Shown: positions 50,371-60,245 of the stretch, piece after piece
Layout: every line of letters starts with the position of its first letter
Position numbering within the stretch: the stretch's first letter is position 1
DNA from: an uncultured delta proteobacterium
Lineage (GTDB): Bacteria; Desulfobacterota; Binatia; UBA9968
Direction: 5' to 3'
NCBI GenBank assembly: GCA_963727625.1
Contig: CAVSHR010000004.1
Span: forward strand, 416,001 to 480,000
DNA length: 64,000 nt
Notes under the pieces: generated by a model
Databases searched by the model: none
Told to the model about the DNA's origin: nothing
The model's input: the letters and a program-made list of their open reading frames with translations, nothing else
Program-made: the position numbers and the translations under genes

Positions 50371-50660
50371 GCCGGCCGCGGCGCAGGCGCGCCGTCTGGA
50401 AAGGTTTCTTTGATGCGCTGAACGGCGGCTTGTTGGTCGTCGATATGAAAACCGAAATGGTCCATCCCCACCTGGACGCGATCGTTGGGATAATTCGGGT
50501 TATTGGCGTTCAATGAGGCGAGGCTCACTTCCCCGTCGGAAAGATGGATCGAACCATTTTTCGTGCGGAACGTTTCTTTCATGTTAAAAACTTTGGAGTA
50601 AAACTCCGCCATCCGTTCCGGCTGGCGCGTCCAAACCGCAAGGTGCCACAACTTCGCCAT
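50371..50660 (-). pseudogene. Truncated VOC family gene
   Basis: MAKLWHLAV..MAEFY..LSDG..DHFGF. The expected final DP.G/DLS..GW strand is replaced by out-of-frame sequence. Confidence 0.65.
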
Positions 50661-50824
50661 CGTTTTTTCTCCATCGTGCGATTCCCCTCGATAACAAAAG
50701 CCAAGATTCCAATGCAATTAGCAACAACATGCGCCCGCGCCATTCCGCTTACAATCGCGCGCTTGGGAAAATGCTCGATTGACGAATCCGTTCTTACGGG
50801 CCAATATCGCTCGCGAATCAAAAA

Positions 50825-52630
50825 TTGCACTGGTGCGGTCAGAGTCGCGCATCCGTATCAGGCCAAAATCGAGGGCGTTACAGAGGAACCGCCAAACTGT
50901 CCATCAACGCTCATAAAACCCGTCAGATTGCAGAACCTCCGGCGGCTGCCAAAACAAACTTTAGCCGGCGCGATTCGGCGCTGCTCTGGCTGGCGCTGCT
51001 CAGCATCACCGGAGCACTGTTGTTTTTCAATCTTAGATCCTATTCCACGCTCAGAATCACCGAGGGTTATGTCGGGGTACCGGCGCGAGAAATGTTGCAA
51101 TCCGGCGACTGGCTCGTGCCCCGCTTTGCCGGCGAAGCCCGCCTAGAGAAACCTCCTCTAGTCTATTGGCTCGTCGGCGGCCTTGGGAAGATTACCGGCG
51201 GCATCAGCGAATTTACCGTGCGCTCGCCGTCGGCGCTCGCCGGTCTCCTGCTGGTGCTCTTGGTGGGCCGCTGGGGAACCAGCTGGTACGGCAATCGCGC
51301 CGGTTTAGCGGCGGCCCTGATTCAAGCCACTTCCATCTACACCGTACATTGGGGGCGTTTGGGCGTAGTTGACGTCATTCTTACCTTACTCACCACGACG
51401 GCGCTCTACTTAGCCGTCCCAGTAGCCGAGCAGCAGTCAGGCGAACTCCATTCAAAGGCCTCGAATTGTTTTCACCGCCTATTCTCTCGATGGCTTTTCT
51501 TTTATTTCGTTCTCGGCATCGCCGGCTGGGTCAAACCGGTCATCGGCCCGCTGCTCGTGCTCTATAGCTACGGCAGCTTTCTGTTGATCGAGCACCGCTA
51601 CGCGGAGCTGCGTGAAATGGCCAACCCGGCAGGTATTCTCCTATGCCTAGCTATGACGTTGGCGTGGCCGTTTCTGGTCTCGCGACAGAACCCGGAGATC
51701 TGGTCTCTCTGGTTCGCAGAAACGGTCGGTCGCGGCTTGGGCAGCCGCCGCTATAACGATCCGCTCTGGTTTTATGCCGGAGAAATCTTATGGATGACCC
51801 TGCCCTGGACGCCGCTCCTGTTGATTGCCCTGCCGCATAGCTGGCGACGCGCGTGGCAAGAAGGCGACGCGCGCGAACGTTTTCTGTGGATATGGTGGCT
51901 TGGCCAAGTCGCCCTGTTGAGCCTTTCGGCCGGCAAAAAGTCCTATTATATTCTTCCGGCATTGCCGGCCTTGAGCCTGATCGCCGGTCAAAAACTCGCC
52001 GACCTGTCGACGCGACTGGACGTCACGCACGCGCGGCGCCAGAAATTCCTCAACAAAACGCTTATCGCCCTTCTGATTATTTCGAGCATCGCCTTTGCCG
52101 CCGTGCGTTTGACCAAGCAATGGCCCGATCTCTCCTCTATGTGGTCGGTGATAGCGCTCATCTTGGCTCTCGGCGTGGTGACGGCGATCTGGTTTTCCGT
52201 GGCTGGCCGGCACTGGTTGGCGCTTTCCGCTGCCGGCTTTGCACTTTTGCTGGCTACCTTAATTGTCTACGGATGGGTTTATCCTTTCTTCGACAACAGA
52301 GCGGGCGCCCTGGAACTGTCCCGCTCGGTGGCGCGATTGGTGCCCGCGCAAAAAGAAGTCATCCTCATCGCGCCGAATCGAAGTCCGCTGACTTTTTACA
52401 TCAGACCTCCGGTGCGCCTCGCCCAAGGGGCCAACGCAATCCGTTTTCGTCTCAGCCGTGAAAGAGAACTTTTTGTCGTCGGTGAAGCCTCGGCTGTCAT
52501 GCAGTTGAGCGGGTTAGGCAAACTCGAGGTTCTACAAAACATCCGGCTCGCGCCGCACGCCAACACTGGGGCGAGGCAAGAAATCAGCCTCGCAAGGCTT
52601 GGCCCAGGGGCCCACCAATATGCTCGCTGA
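50825..52630 (+). CDS. ArnT family (GT39) glycosyltransferase
   Basis: AREMLQSGDWLVP, EKPPLVYW, R.PSA, K.SYYILP. Start uncertain. Confidence 0.88.
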   Translation: MHWCGQSRASVSGQNRGRYRGTAKLSINAHKTRQIAEPPAAAKTNFSRRDSALLWLALLSITGALLFFNLRSYSTLRITEGYVGVPAREMLQSGDWLVPRFAGEARLEKPPLVYWLVGGLGKITGGISEFTVRSPSALAGLLLVLLVGRWGTSWYGNRAGLAAALIQATSIYTVHWGRLGVVDVILTLLTTTALYLAVPVAEQQSGELHSKASNCFHRLFSRWLFFYFVLGIAGWVKPVIGPLLVLYSYGSFLLIEHRYAELREMANPAGILLCLAMTLAWPFLVSRQNPEIWSLWFAETVGRGLGSRRYNDPLWFYAGEILWMTLPWTPLLLIALPHSWRRAWQEGDARERFLWIWWLGQVALLSLSAGKKSYYILPALPALSLIAGQKLADLSTRLDVTHARRQKFLNKTLIALLIISSIAFAAVRLTKQWPDLSSMWSVIALILALGVVTAIWFSVAGRHWLALSAAGFALLLATLIVYGWVYPFFDNRAGALELSRSVARLVPAQKEVILIAPNRSPLTFYIRPPVRLAQGANAIRFRLSRERELFVVGEASAVMQLSGLGKLEVLQNIRLAPHANTGARQEISLARLGPGAHQYAR

Positions 52631-52686
52631 TTCCAAACGACGAGCCTTGTCCCCCAAGTTCCCTGATTCTTTTGGCAAGAAATTTT

Positions 52687-53859
52687 TCATAACGCCCCCT
52701 GCGGCATCTTGCCCAGAGCGATATCGCGTCGCTGCGCAGCGCTAAATGGCGGCGCGAAAAGGCGCTGGTCCTGTTGCCGGGCGCGAAACAGGGTCAAGAT
52801 GAAATGCATGCGTTCAGCGAAATCAGCCCAATCCGCCGCGCCGCTTTCGGCCGCGCTGATGCCGTCGGCGCGATAAGTTGCCAACAGAGCGCGCAGCCCG
52901 CTGTGTTCGACCGATTCCAAGGCCGTGGGAAACAGCGAACGGCCGGGCAGTGGCCGAAGGTCTTTGCCCAGGTGAATCTCACCATCGGGCAGGTACAAGG
53001 TCATAAACAGACGTGTGACACACCCGCGCCAGAGCCGATTGAGGTCCCGGTCGAACTCAGCGATCAACGGCTTTGCGGCGTTCGATGCAAGGCTCCGTAA
53101 TCGTTGGCGCGCAATTCCGACAGTGTTGCCGCCAAATTGTTTTTCAATCAATCCTTGCACTACCGCGTTAAAAGGAAGCTGGAGCGCGCCCGCGATGGCA
53201 GGCTGCAAGCGCACCTGCTCGTGCAATCCGGTTTGCGCATTGGCGAGCAGGATGAGTTCCGCCTTGCGATCGTCATGGCGCTCGAATTTTGCGTGGTAAA
53301 AATAGTTCACCGCGCTACGCAGCAAATCCTGGCCACCCTTTTCGGATGGGCCGGTTTTCAATTCAAGTTCATCGAGCAGACGCGCGAGTAAACTAGCTTC
53401 ACAGGTCGTCGCATGATCGAAACGCGAGCGCATTAGAGCAAATCGTGGCCCCAACTCGGCAAACACCGCAAGATTGCCCGCGGCAATATGCCGGCTTACC
53501 GCCTCAACGGGCTCCTTGATGGCCGCGGCGATTGCTTGTGGACTCAGCCCCGTGACCCCATCAAAGCGCCTCAAAGCCGTATTGATACAGCCGAGCTTCT
53601 CAGCCAGAAAGGGTTCGCTTTGCAGAGCGTCGCGAAACATTGCCAACGGTTCTCTGCGCACGAAACGTCCGGCAGTTTTTGAAGCCCAGCTGGCAAAAGT
53701 GCACCAGTTTAGGTTTTCGGCGCCGACCACGAATGCGATGGCGACCGACAAATCGTGATAGCACTGCGTGATCTTTAAATTGCGTATGACCGGTTGGGCG
53801 TCGAGCGCGATGATCGCCTCAATTTCTTGGCGCGACGGTGGCATGCTGAACTGGGCCAT
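52687..53859 (-). CDS. Conserved hypothetical protein
   Basis: 390 aa clean ORF with conserved-looking motifs RNLKITQCYH, NWCTFASWAS, GN..VFAE, HEQ.RLQP, DW.D...RM. Confidence 0.75.
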   Translation of the reverse strand: MAQFSMPPSRQEIEAIIALDAQPVIRNLKITQCYHDLSVAIAFVVGAENLNWCTFASWASKTAGRFVRREPLAMFRDALQSEPFLAEKLGCINTALRRFDGVTGLSPQAIAAAIKEPVEAVSRHIAAGNLAVFAELGPRFALMRSRFDHATTCEASLLARLLDELELKTGPSEKGGQDLLRSAVNYFYHAKFERHDDRKAELILLANAQTGLHEQVRLQPAIAGALQLPFNAVVQGLIEKQFGGNTVGIARQRLRSLASNAAKPLIAEFDRDLNRLWRGCVTRLFMTLYLPDGEIHLGKDLRPLPGRSLFPTALESVEHSGLRALLATYRADGISAAESGAADWADFAERMHFILTLFRARQQDQRLFAPPFSAAQRRDIALGKMPQGAL

Positions 53860-53972
53860 TGAGTTTTCTTTTTGGGCTTAATCCGGGATTTCGCATTTTA
53901 TCAAAACCACCCCAGCTGCACCATGGGAAGGTTCATGAACCGGGGGCGAAAAAGCTTGCGGCGTTCCGTCTC

Positions 53973-55127
53973 TCACGATTGATAGTTGAATACTTTCTCC
54001 AGCATTTTTTCCACTGCCGCCGACGGTGTCAGGCGCACAACGCAATCGCGCAGGCAGCAAGTAAGCGGACTTTCCGCCTGTCCGACTCGGCCGATTCTCC
54101 GCGATCGTCGGGTGACCCACGCCGTGCGCGCCATACGCTTCATCTCATAACGACGCAGGGCGATAGCTAAGGATTCTTCCTCTGACAAGCAACGCGCCAG
54201 AGCGATGCTGCTCTCGATGGCCATGCATGCCCCTTGCCCCATGTTCGGCGTGGTCGCATGCGCCGCATCGCCAAGCAAAATGAGGCGATCTGTCCCCCAC
54301 CGATCGAGCGGTTTCAAGTCGAAGATATCGTTGCGCAGAATTTCGCCCGCCGGCGTCGAGTCAATCAAAGATCTAATCGGCTCGTGCCAGTTTCGGAAGC
54401 GCCGCCGTAGGAATTCCCTGCGCTCCGCGCCGGTTTGGGTTTCCCCTGCCGGCCCGTTCGCTGTGGCAAACCAATAAACTCTCTCTTTGTCGATTCGCAC
54501 CACGCCGAAACGCATGCTCTGTCCCCAAGTCTCACAGGTGCGCGCCGGCAACGATTCCTTTTGCGTTGCAACGACACCGCGCCAAGCCGTGTAACCGGCG
54601 TAGCGCAAGCCGGTTTTCGGAAAAAGTCGCTGACGCAACAGAGAATGAATACCGTCCGCGCCGACGATCAAATTGGCTCCTGCCGTCTGACCGTTCGCGA
54701 AAACCGCAGCGGCGCCGTCGGGATGCTCGACCAGGTCGATACATCGCGCGCCCGCCACCAGAACTTCACTCGGCAGCGCCGCAAGCAGAATCTCGTGCAG
54801 GGCGGCGCGATGGATCGGAACCGCGGGTGCACCAAAGCGGCGTTCGAATCCATCCAGCTGCCAGCGCGAAAGAATCTTGCCGCTGGAGTGGCGTATCTCC
54901 AGCGCTTCGATTCTCGCACCGGCCTTGATGACCGCATCGACCAAACCGAGCTGGCGCAGGGCCTTGATCGCGTTAGGCCAAAGCACCAATCCGGCGCCGG
55001 CGCGGTCAAAACCTGGCGACTGTTCGTAAACCACCGATTCCACGCCGACCCGGCGCAGCGCGATGGCGGCGCAGAGACCGCCGATGCCGCCGCCGACAAT
55101 GAGGGCTCGCTTGATAATGTTTGCCAC
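53973..55127 (-). CDS. FAD-dependent monooxygenase (class A)
   Basis: GGGIGG, GADGIHS, GDAAHATTPNMGQG. Confidence 0.93.
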   Translation of the reverse strand: MANIIKRALIVGGGIGGLCAAIALRRVGVESVVYEQSPGFDRAGAGLVLWPNAIKALRQLGLVDAVIKAGARIEALEIRHSSGKILSRWQLDGFERRFGAPAVPIHRAALHEILLAALPSEVLVAGARCIDLVEHPDGAAAVFANGQTAGANLIVGADGIHSLLRQRLFPKTGLRYAGYTAWRGVVATQKESLPARTCETWGQSMRFGVVRIDKERVYWFATANGPAGETQTGAERREFLRRRFRNWHEPIRSLIDSTPAGEILRNDIFDLKPLDRWGTDRLILLGDAAHATTPNMGQGACMAIESSIALARCLSEEESLAIALRRYEMKRMARTAWVTRRSRRIGRVGQAESPLTCCLRDCVVRLTPSAAVEKMLEKVFNYQS

Positions 55128-55189
55128 GATTTAAATCGCCGGGATCGTTGCCGCCGCGATAGCGACGTCGCGAACCGATTCGGTATGCG

Positions 55190-56281
55190 CTAAATCCCGT
55201 AAAACTTACGCGGATTGTCGGAGAGAACCTTGCGTTTCGCCTCTAGACTCAAGTTTTTCATCGCTTTGAATCTAGCGATTGCGTTGAGCTCGCTCGAAGT
55301 GTCGCCGTGGCCGTAGTCGGTGCCAATGATCAGGTTTTCTTCGCCGGCATAAGAAATCACGTAAGGAAAGTCGTCATCGCTTTGGGTCGACACGTAAATA
55401 TTAAACTCGCGCAAGCACTCGGGAGATACCGGATGCTCGCTTCCGAGGGATCGGCGTACGGCCTCGTGAACGACCCAGGGGACCCATTGGCTGGACACCT
55501 CGATGAAGCCCCAGCGCAGCCTGGGAAAAACCCGGGGAATTTCGCTCATGATCAAAGCGTAACAGGAGGTTACCGTCGGCACGCGAAAGGTCGAGAAGCC
55601 GCCGCCGGCTTCGTTGGTCAGCAGCTTGAATAGCTCGGGATTGCCGTTGGCGAGATGAACGGCGATCGGTAGATCGAGCCGTTGGGCCTCGTCGAATATC
55701 GGGTAGTAGTACGGATCCGTCACTATCCTATCTCTCTCGAATGGCCGCATGCACACCGCCACCGCGCCGTGTTCCTTGGCGAATCGAATTTGCGGAACGG
55801 CTTCCTTGGGGGTCAACGCGGGTATGACGCAGGTCCAGCGCAGACGACTCTCGCCTAACTTCCAGACATCGGCAAGCCAGCGGTTCCATGCCCAGCTGAG
55901 CGCGATCTCCACCTCCGGCCGGCCGGTGAGCGGTGTGATCCACAGAGAGTTGTAAAGCACCTGAATATCGATGCCGAGCTCGTCCATATGCGCGAGACGC
56001 CGGGCCACGTCGGTAAGCTCGCGCGCTTGCACCGGGGTATTCACCTCGCGGCCGAACTTTTTCACATGCTCCGCCGACTGTTTTTCATCGGGTGAAGGAA
56101 ACTTGCTGCCAAGGTTTTCGCCGTCGAGCATCCAGTGCTGCCTTTGCGGATTGTCCGGCGACGTCGTCAGCGTTGGACGGTATTTTTCATCAGTGCCGTC
56201 GAGATAGTCCCAGACCCGCTCGGTCTCCACCACATGCGCGTCCGCATCGATCACGTCGGTTTTCACTTTCGCCGTCGGCAT
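55190..56281 (-). CDS. Amidohydrolase_2 family protein (metal-dependent hydrolase/decarboxylase)
   Basis: IDADAHVVE, VH, GTDYGH.D. Confidence 0.9.
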   Translation of the reverse strand: MPTAKVKTDVIDADAHVVETERVWDYLDGTDEKYRPTLTTSPDNPQRQHWMLDGENLGSKFPSPDEKQSAEHVKKFGREVNTPVQARELTDVARRLAHMDELGIDIQVLYNSLWITPLTGRPEVEIALSWAWNRWLADVWKLGESRLRWTCVIPALTPKEAVPQIRFAKEHGAVAVCMRPFERDRIVTDPYYYPIFDEAQRLDLPIAVHLANGNPELFKLLTNEAGGGFSTFRVPTVTSCYALIMSEIPRVFPRLRWGFIEVSSQWVPWVVHEAVRRSLGSEHPVSPECLREFNIYVSTQSDDDFPYVISYAGEENLIIGTDYGHGDTSSELNAIARFKAMKNLSLEAKRKVLSDNPRKFYGI

Positions 56282-56470
56282 ATTCCCTCCACTCTCCAAA
56301 AAAATACCCGACTCGAAAGCCTCTGTCCAGCAAGATGGGTTTGTCGGATTTGCGGGATTGAGGCTCGATCAGACCTCATCCGACAAATGCGACGCCGCTA
56401 ATTGGAATGCCGCTGTTACACACAGAATCTTTTCGTGATAAGCCGTCGTGAAACAAAAAGGAGATTTGCA

Positions 56471-56887
56471 ATGGCTCTACCTCCCCTGCGATTTGGCCAC
56501 GTGGCCTTTCGCGTTTCAAATGTGGAACGAAGCGTCCAGTGGTACAATCAAGCTTTCGGCGCGCGCCGGGTGTTCCACGCGCCGCGCGATGGCGATCGCC
56601 AAGAGCTCATGTTCCTGGAATTCGCCAAGGGACAGTTTATCGAGTTTTTTTCCGGTGGCGTCGAGCACGTGAAACCACCGGCGAATGCGGCCGGCTATCA
56701 GCATTTTTGTCTAGCGGTCGATGACTTGGATCAGATGCTCGCGCATCTGGCGGCACTGCACGTTCAACCCCATCGCCCGCCCCGCCCGGGCCGCTCACAC
56801 TATACCATCGCGTTCGTCTCCGACCCCGACGGCAACGTGATCGAGCTCATGGAGATTACTCCCCAGTCGGCAATTTATCGCGCCTGA
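56471..56887 (+). CDS. VOC/glyoxalase family protein
   Basis: HVAFRV, HFCLAVDD, DPDGNVIELME. AAGGAG RBS. Confidence 0.9.
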   Translation: MALPPLRFGHVAFRVSNVERSVQWYNQAFGARRVFHAPRDGDRQELMFLEFAKGQFIEFFSGGVEHVKPPANAAGYQHFCLAVDDLDQMLAHLAALHVQPHRPPRPGRSHYTIAFVSDPDGNVIELMEITPQSAIYRA

Positions 56888-56973
56888 GCATGGAAAACAG
56901 CTTCCCTCGCAAACGCCTTGGTTGAAACCGCGAAACGACTTTGAATATACTAACTGCCATTACGGGAGGCCCC

Positions 56974-57405
56974 ATGCCAAAGATCAAGCACATCGCAATC
57001 TCCACCCAGGACCCCGACCAGACGGCCAAGTTCTACATCGAGGTATTCGGCCTGCGCGAGATCGCCAAGATCAATAGCCCGGGTGCCAGCGGATATCATT
57101 TGACCGACGGCGACATCAACCTGGCCATCCTGAAATTCAAAAACGATCAGACGGCCGGCGTGCCACAGGGAAAAGAGTATACCGGATTGCACCATATCGG
57201 CTTCGAGGTCGACCAAATGGCGGAAATCGAGCAACGGCTGAGCGCTGCGGGCGCGCCGGTTCGGGACGACATCAATGACGCTCTCGGGTTGGCCAGAGGC
57301 GGACCTGCTCATATCAATGTGGAAGTGAAATACGGCGCGCCGGACGGTGTGATCATCGATGTCTCCGAGACCGGCTGGGCGGGAACCTCGCGCCACCCGC
57401 GGTGA
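56974..57405 (+). CDS. VOC family protein
   Basis: KHIAIST, HHIGFEVD, PDGVIIDVS..GW. GGAGG RBS. Confidence 0.9.
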   Translation: MPKIKHIAISTQDPDQTAKFYIEVFGLREIAKINSPGASGYHLTDGDINLAILKFKNDQTAGVPQGKEYTGLHHIGFEVDQMAEIEQRLSAAGAPVRDDINDALGLARGGPAHINVEVKYGAPDGVIIDVSETGWAGTSRHPR

Positions 57406-57555
57406 CCGACACGGCCGCCGCACAACTTCTATCGATCGTTCAAATTTACCGGCAATGGTCGCGGCGCTTCGACACCAACGACAAACAATCCTGACGCGAC
57501 GAGTTTATGCTTCGATCTCCGGCGTTGGAAATCCATGTGAAGCAAAGCTAATGCA

Positions 57556-59835
57556 GTGAGCGACCCCCACGTCATCCGCACCGTCTGCGACCCCAATTGT
57601 CACGCCAATCCGCGCTGCGGCATCAACGCGGAAGTCGTAGACGGCCGCATCAAAAAAATCACGCCGGGCTCCTTTCCTCGTCCCGAGTACGACGGCCGCA
57701 TCTGCGCCATGGGTATGGCGCGGCTGGAGTATCAGTACCATCCCGATCGGCTGCGTTATCCGCTGCGAAGGGTCGGCGAGCGCGGCGAGGGACGCTGGCA
57801 AAGAATCAGTTGGGATGAGGTCTTCCAGTTGCTCGCGGATCGCCTGAAAGGGATCTCGGCGCAATACGGCCCGCGTGCGCTGGCATTTTTCACCGGCAGC
57901 GGCGCTGCCGGCGTGCTCACCAAAGGCTCGGCGCAGCGCTTTGCAGCCGTCGTCGGAGGCACCGCCCAGTGCGCCGGCGGCGTCGACTATGGCGTGCCGA
58001 AGGGTCTGGAATACATGTTCGGCGTGCCGGCATCGACTTATTTCCGCCCGGGCGGTCATGAATTTGCCGACGCGGTCAACTCGCAAATAATTTTGCTCTG
58101 GGGCGGCAACGGCGCGGAGACTCGTCTGGTCGACTTTCATTTCGTCTCAGAGGCCCAGCGGCGCGGCGCCAAGATCGTTTGCATCGACCCCAACCGAACT
58201 GCGACCGCGGAGCGCGCCGACCAATGGATCTCGCCTCGCCCCGGCACGGATACCGCTTTGGCGCTCGCCATGCTCGATGAGATTTTGCGCCACGGTTGGC
58301 AAGACGAATCCTTCTTGCGTCTCCATACCAACGCGACGTTTCTGGTTCGACGGGACAAGAAAACGTTGTTGCGCCAAGCCGACCTCGTCGATGGCGGCAG
58401 CGCGGATTATCTAATCTGGGATTTGTCCCGCAATCGCCCGGTGACTCGGGGCGAGAGTGACGCGCCGGCGCTGTCCGGAAATTTTCAAGTGAGACCTGCC
58501 AGCGGCGCAACGATCGATTGCACCCCCGTGTTTGACCTATTGAGCGAGCTTGCTCGGGACTATTCCGCCGAGCGCGCCGCTGCGATTACCGGCATACCTG
58601 CGGAAACGATTCGCGCGCTCGCCCGCGAATTTGCTCTAAGCAAGCCGGCATCCATCCGAATCGGCTATGGCGTTGATCGCTGGTATTATTGCGACTACAC
58701 AGCGCGCGCCGCGGCCAATTTAGTCGTTGCCACCGGCAATATCGGTGTCGCCGGCGGCGGGATCAGCGTGCACGACGGCACCTACGGCGCGCCGCTGAAC
58801 CTCCGTCCGTTTCGTTCTCCCGACGGCCGCGAGGCCGCAACCCTCGATATCGTTTCGCTCATGAAGGCAATCGACTCTGGCGATCCCTTCCCGGTTAAAG
58901 CGCTATGGCTCTCGGCGTCGAATATGTTCAATCAGACCGCAGCCAACCGCAGTCGAGTGTTAAGCTCGATCGTACCCAAGCTCGATCTTCTGGTCGTCGT
59001 CGATCATTTCCTGACCGACACCGCCGCCCTCGCCGATGTCGTGCTGCCGGCGTGCACGATCTTCGAGAAACAAGATCTCGTCGCCGGCATGTTTCTCCAG
59101 CTCCAGCGCCGCGCCGTGAAGCCCGAAGGCGAGAGTAAAAGCGATTTCGACATTTTCGCCGGCCTGGCCGCGCGCATGGGTGTAGGAAAATATTTCGCCC
59201 ATGCCCCCGAAGAGTATCTCAGAGAAATGATGGAAACCGATCATCCTCTGCTCAAGGGTATTACCCTGGAGCGGTTAGAGCGCGAGGATGCCGTGCTATT
59301 GAATCGACCGCGTGAGCCCTACGTGGGGTTCAAGGATTTTAAGTTTAAGACCCCATCCGGCTGCATCGAGCTTTACAAAGAAGAGCTCGTGAAGCATGAC
59401 GCGGAACTGCCGTACTTTCACGAGCCGGTGGAAGCGTCTCCGGCCAACCCGCTCTTCGAGCACTTTCCTTTGAGCCTGCTCTTTTCCCACAGCCGCCACC
59501 GCATTCACTCTACTTTCGCCAATCTGCCGCGCTTTAAAGCACTCGAGCCGGAGCCGACGGTTGAAATCCATCCGTCGGACGCCGAACAGCGCGCGATCAC
59601 AGATAATCACCTGGTGCGCGTGCACAATCAGCGCGGCAGTGTCAGCCTCAAAGCGCGGTTGAACCCCAATCTCAAACCCGGCGTCGTCGTGATTTCGGAA
59701 GGCTCCTGGGTCCGAGATTTTCCTCAAGGCGACCCCTACAGCCTTACCCATGAACAGGTCAGCCCTACATCGGAAAATTTTGCCTTCTTCGATACGCTGG
59801 TAGAGATCGAGCCGGCCGACGAGCCGCCGAAGTAA
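57556..59835 (+). CDS. Molybdopterin (bis-MGD) oxidoreductase, DMSO reductase family
   Basis: N-terminal C-x3-C-x5-C..C, PDRLRYPL, PGTD.ALA, ADVVLPA, HSTF and C-terminal Molydop-binding domain. No Tat signal. Confidence 0.92.
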   Translation: MSDPHVIRTVCDPNCHANPRCGINAEVVDGRIKKITPGSFPRPEYDGRICAMGMARLEYQYHPDRLRYPLRRVGERGEGRWQRISWDEVFQLLADRLKGISAQYGPRALAFFTGSGAAGVLTKGSAQRFAAVVGGTAQCAGGVDYGVPKGLEYMFGVPASTYFRPGGHEFADAVNSQIILLWGGNGAETRLVDFHFVSEAQRRGAKIVCIDPNRTATAERADQWISPRPGTDTALALAMLDEILRHGWQDESFLRLHTNATFLVRRDKKTLLRQADLVDGGSADYLIWDLSRNRPVTRGESDAPALSGNFQVRPASGATIDCTPVFDLLSELARDYSAERAAAITGIPAETIRALAREFALSKPASIRIGYGVDRWYYCDYTARAAANLVVATGNIGVAGGGISVHDGTYGAPLNLRPFRSPDGREAATLDIVSLMKAIDSGDPFPVKALWLSASNMFNQTAANRSRVLSSIVPKLDLLVVVDHFLTDTAALADVVLPACTIFEKQDLVAGMFLQLQRRAVKPEGESKSDFDIFAGLAARMGVGKYFAHAPEEYLREMMETDHPLLKGITLERLEREDAVLLNRPREPYVGFKDFKFKTPSGCIELYKEELVKHDAELPYFHEPVEASPANPLFEHFPLSLLFSHSRHRIHSTFANLPRFKALEPEPTVEIHPSDAEQRAITDNHLVRVHNQRGSVSLKARLNPNLKPGVVVISEGSWVRDFPQGDPYSLTHEQVSPTSENFAFFDTLVEIEPADEPPK

Positions 59836-60245
59836 ACGCGCGGATTGTTCGAGTGCGAATCAAGCTAGCGCAACGTTCGCCGCCATGATCAACTTTCACT
59901 TCGCCTGGAGCCGAGGGATTTCAACCTTCCCCGAAAGAGCCCTTAATCCTGAACCCGGCGGGCCGATCGTCATTAACGGCTTCACCCAATTCGTTCCGCA
60001 GGGCTTCGCATCGTCACTTGACAATTTTTCGACCCGGGCTCTATATGCAATATCATGAACGATCGGATTGTAGCGGATGATGCGGTACTTGAAAGGACCC
60101 GCCATCAATATTTTCCGTTTCCAAAAATCCGAGGTCACAGGATTCTACCCACGCTTCGCCGGGCCGGCTCAGGATCGAAGCTGTAGAAAGGCCCCGCTCC
60201 GATTCCAGCCGCAGATTTCACAACAACTGGCGCGAACAATTTTCA

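Noticed and set aside
57406-57555. Moco/Wco riboswitch upstream of the molybdoenzyme
   Set aside because: Conserved motif elements not recognisable; only a weak hairpin.
59896-60138. 80-aa minus-strand ORF with GPPGSG
   Set aside because: Lacks the P-loop Lys-Thr/Ser and overlaps a better-supported plus-strand promoter and leader.
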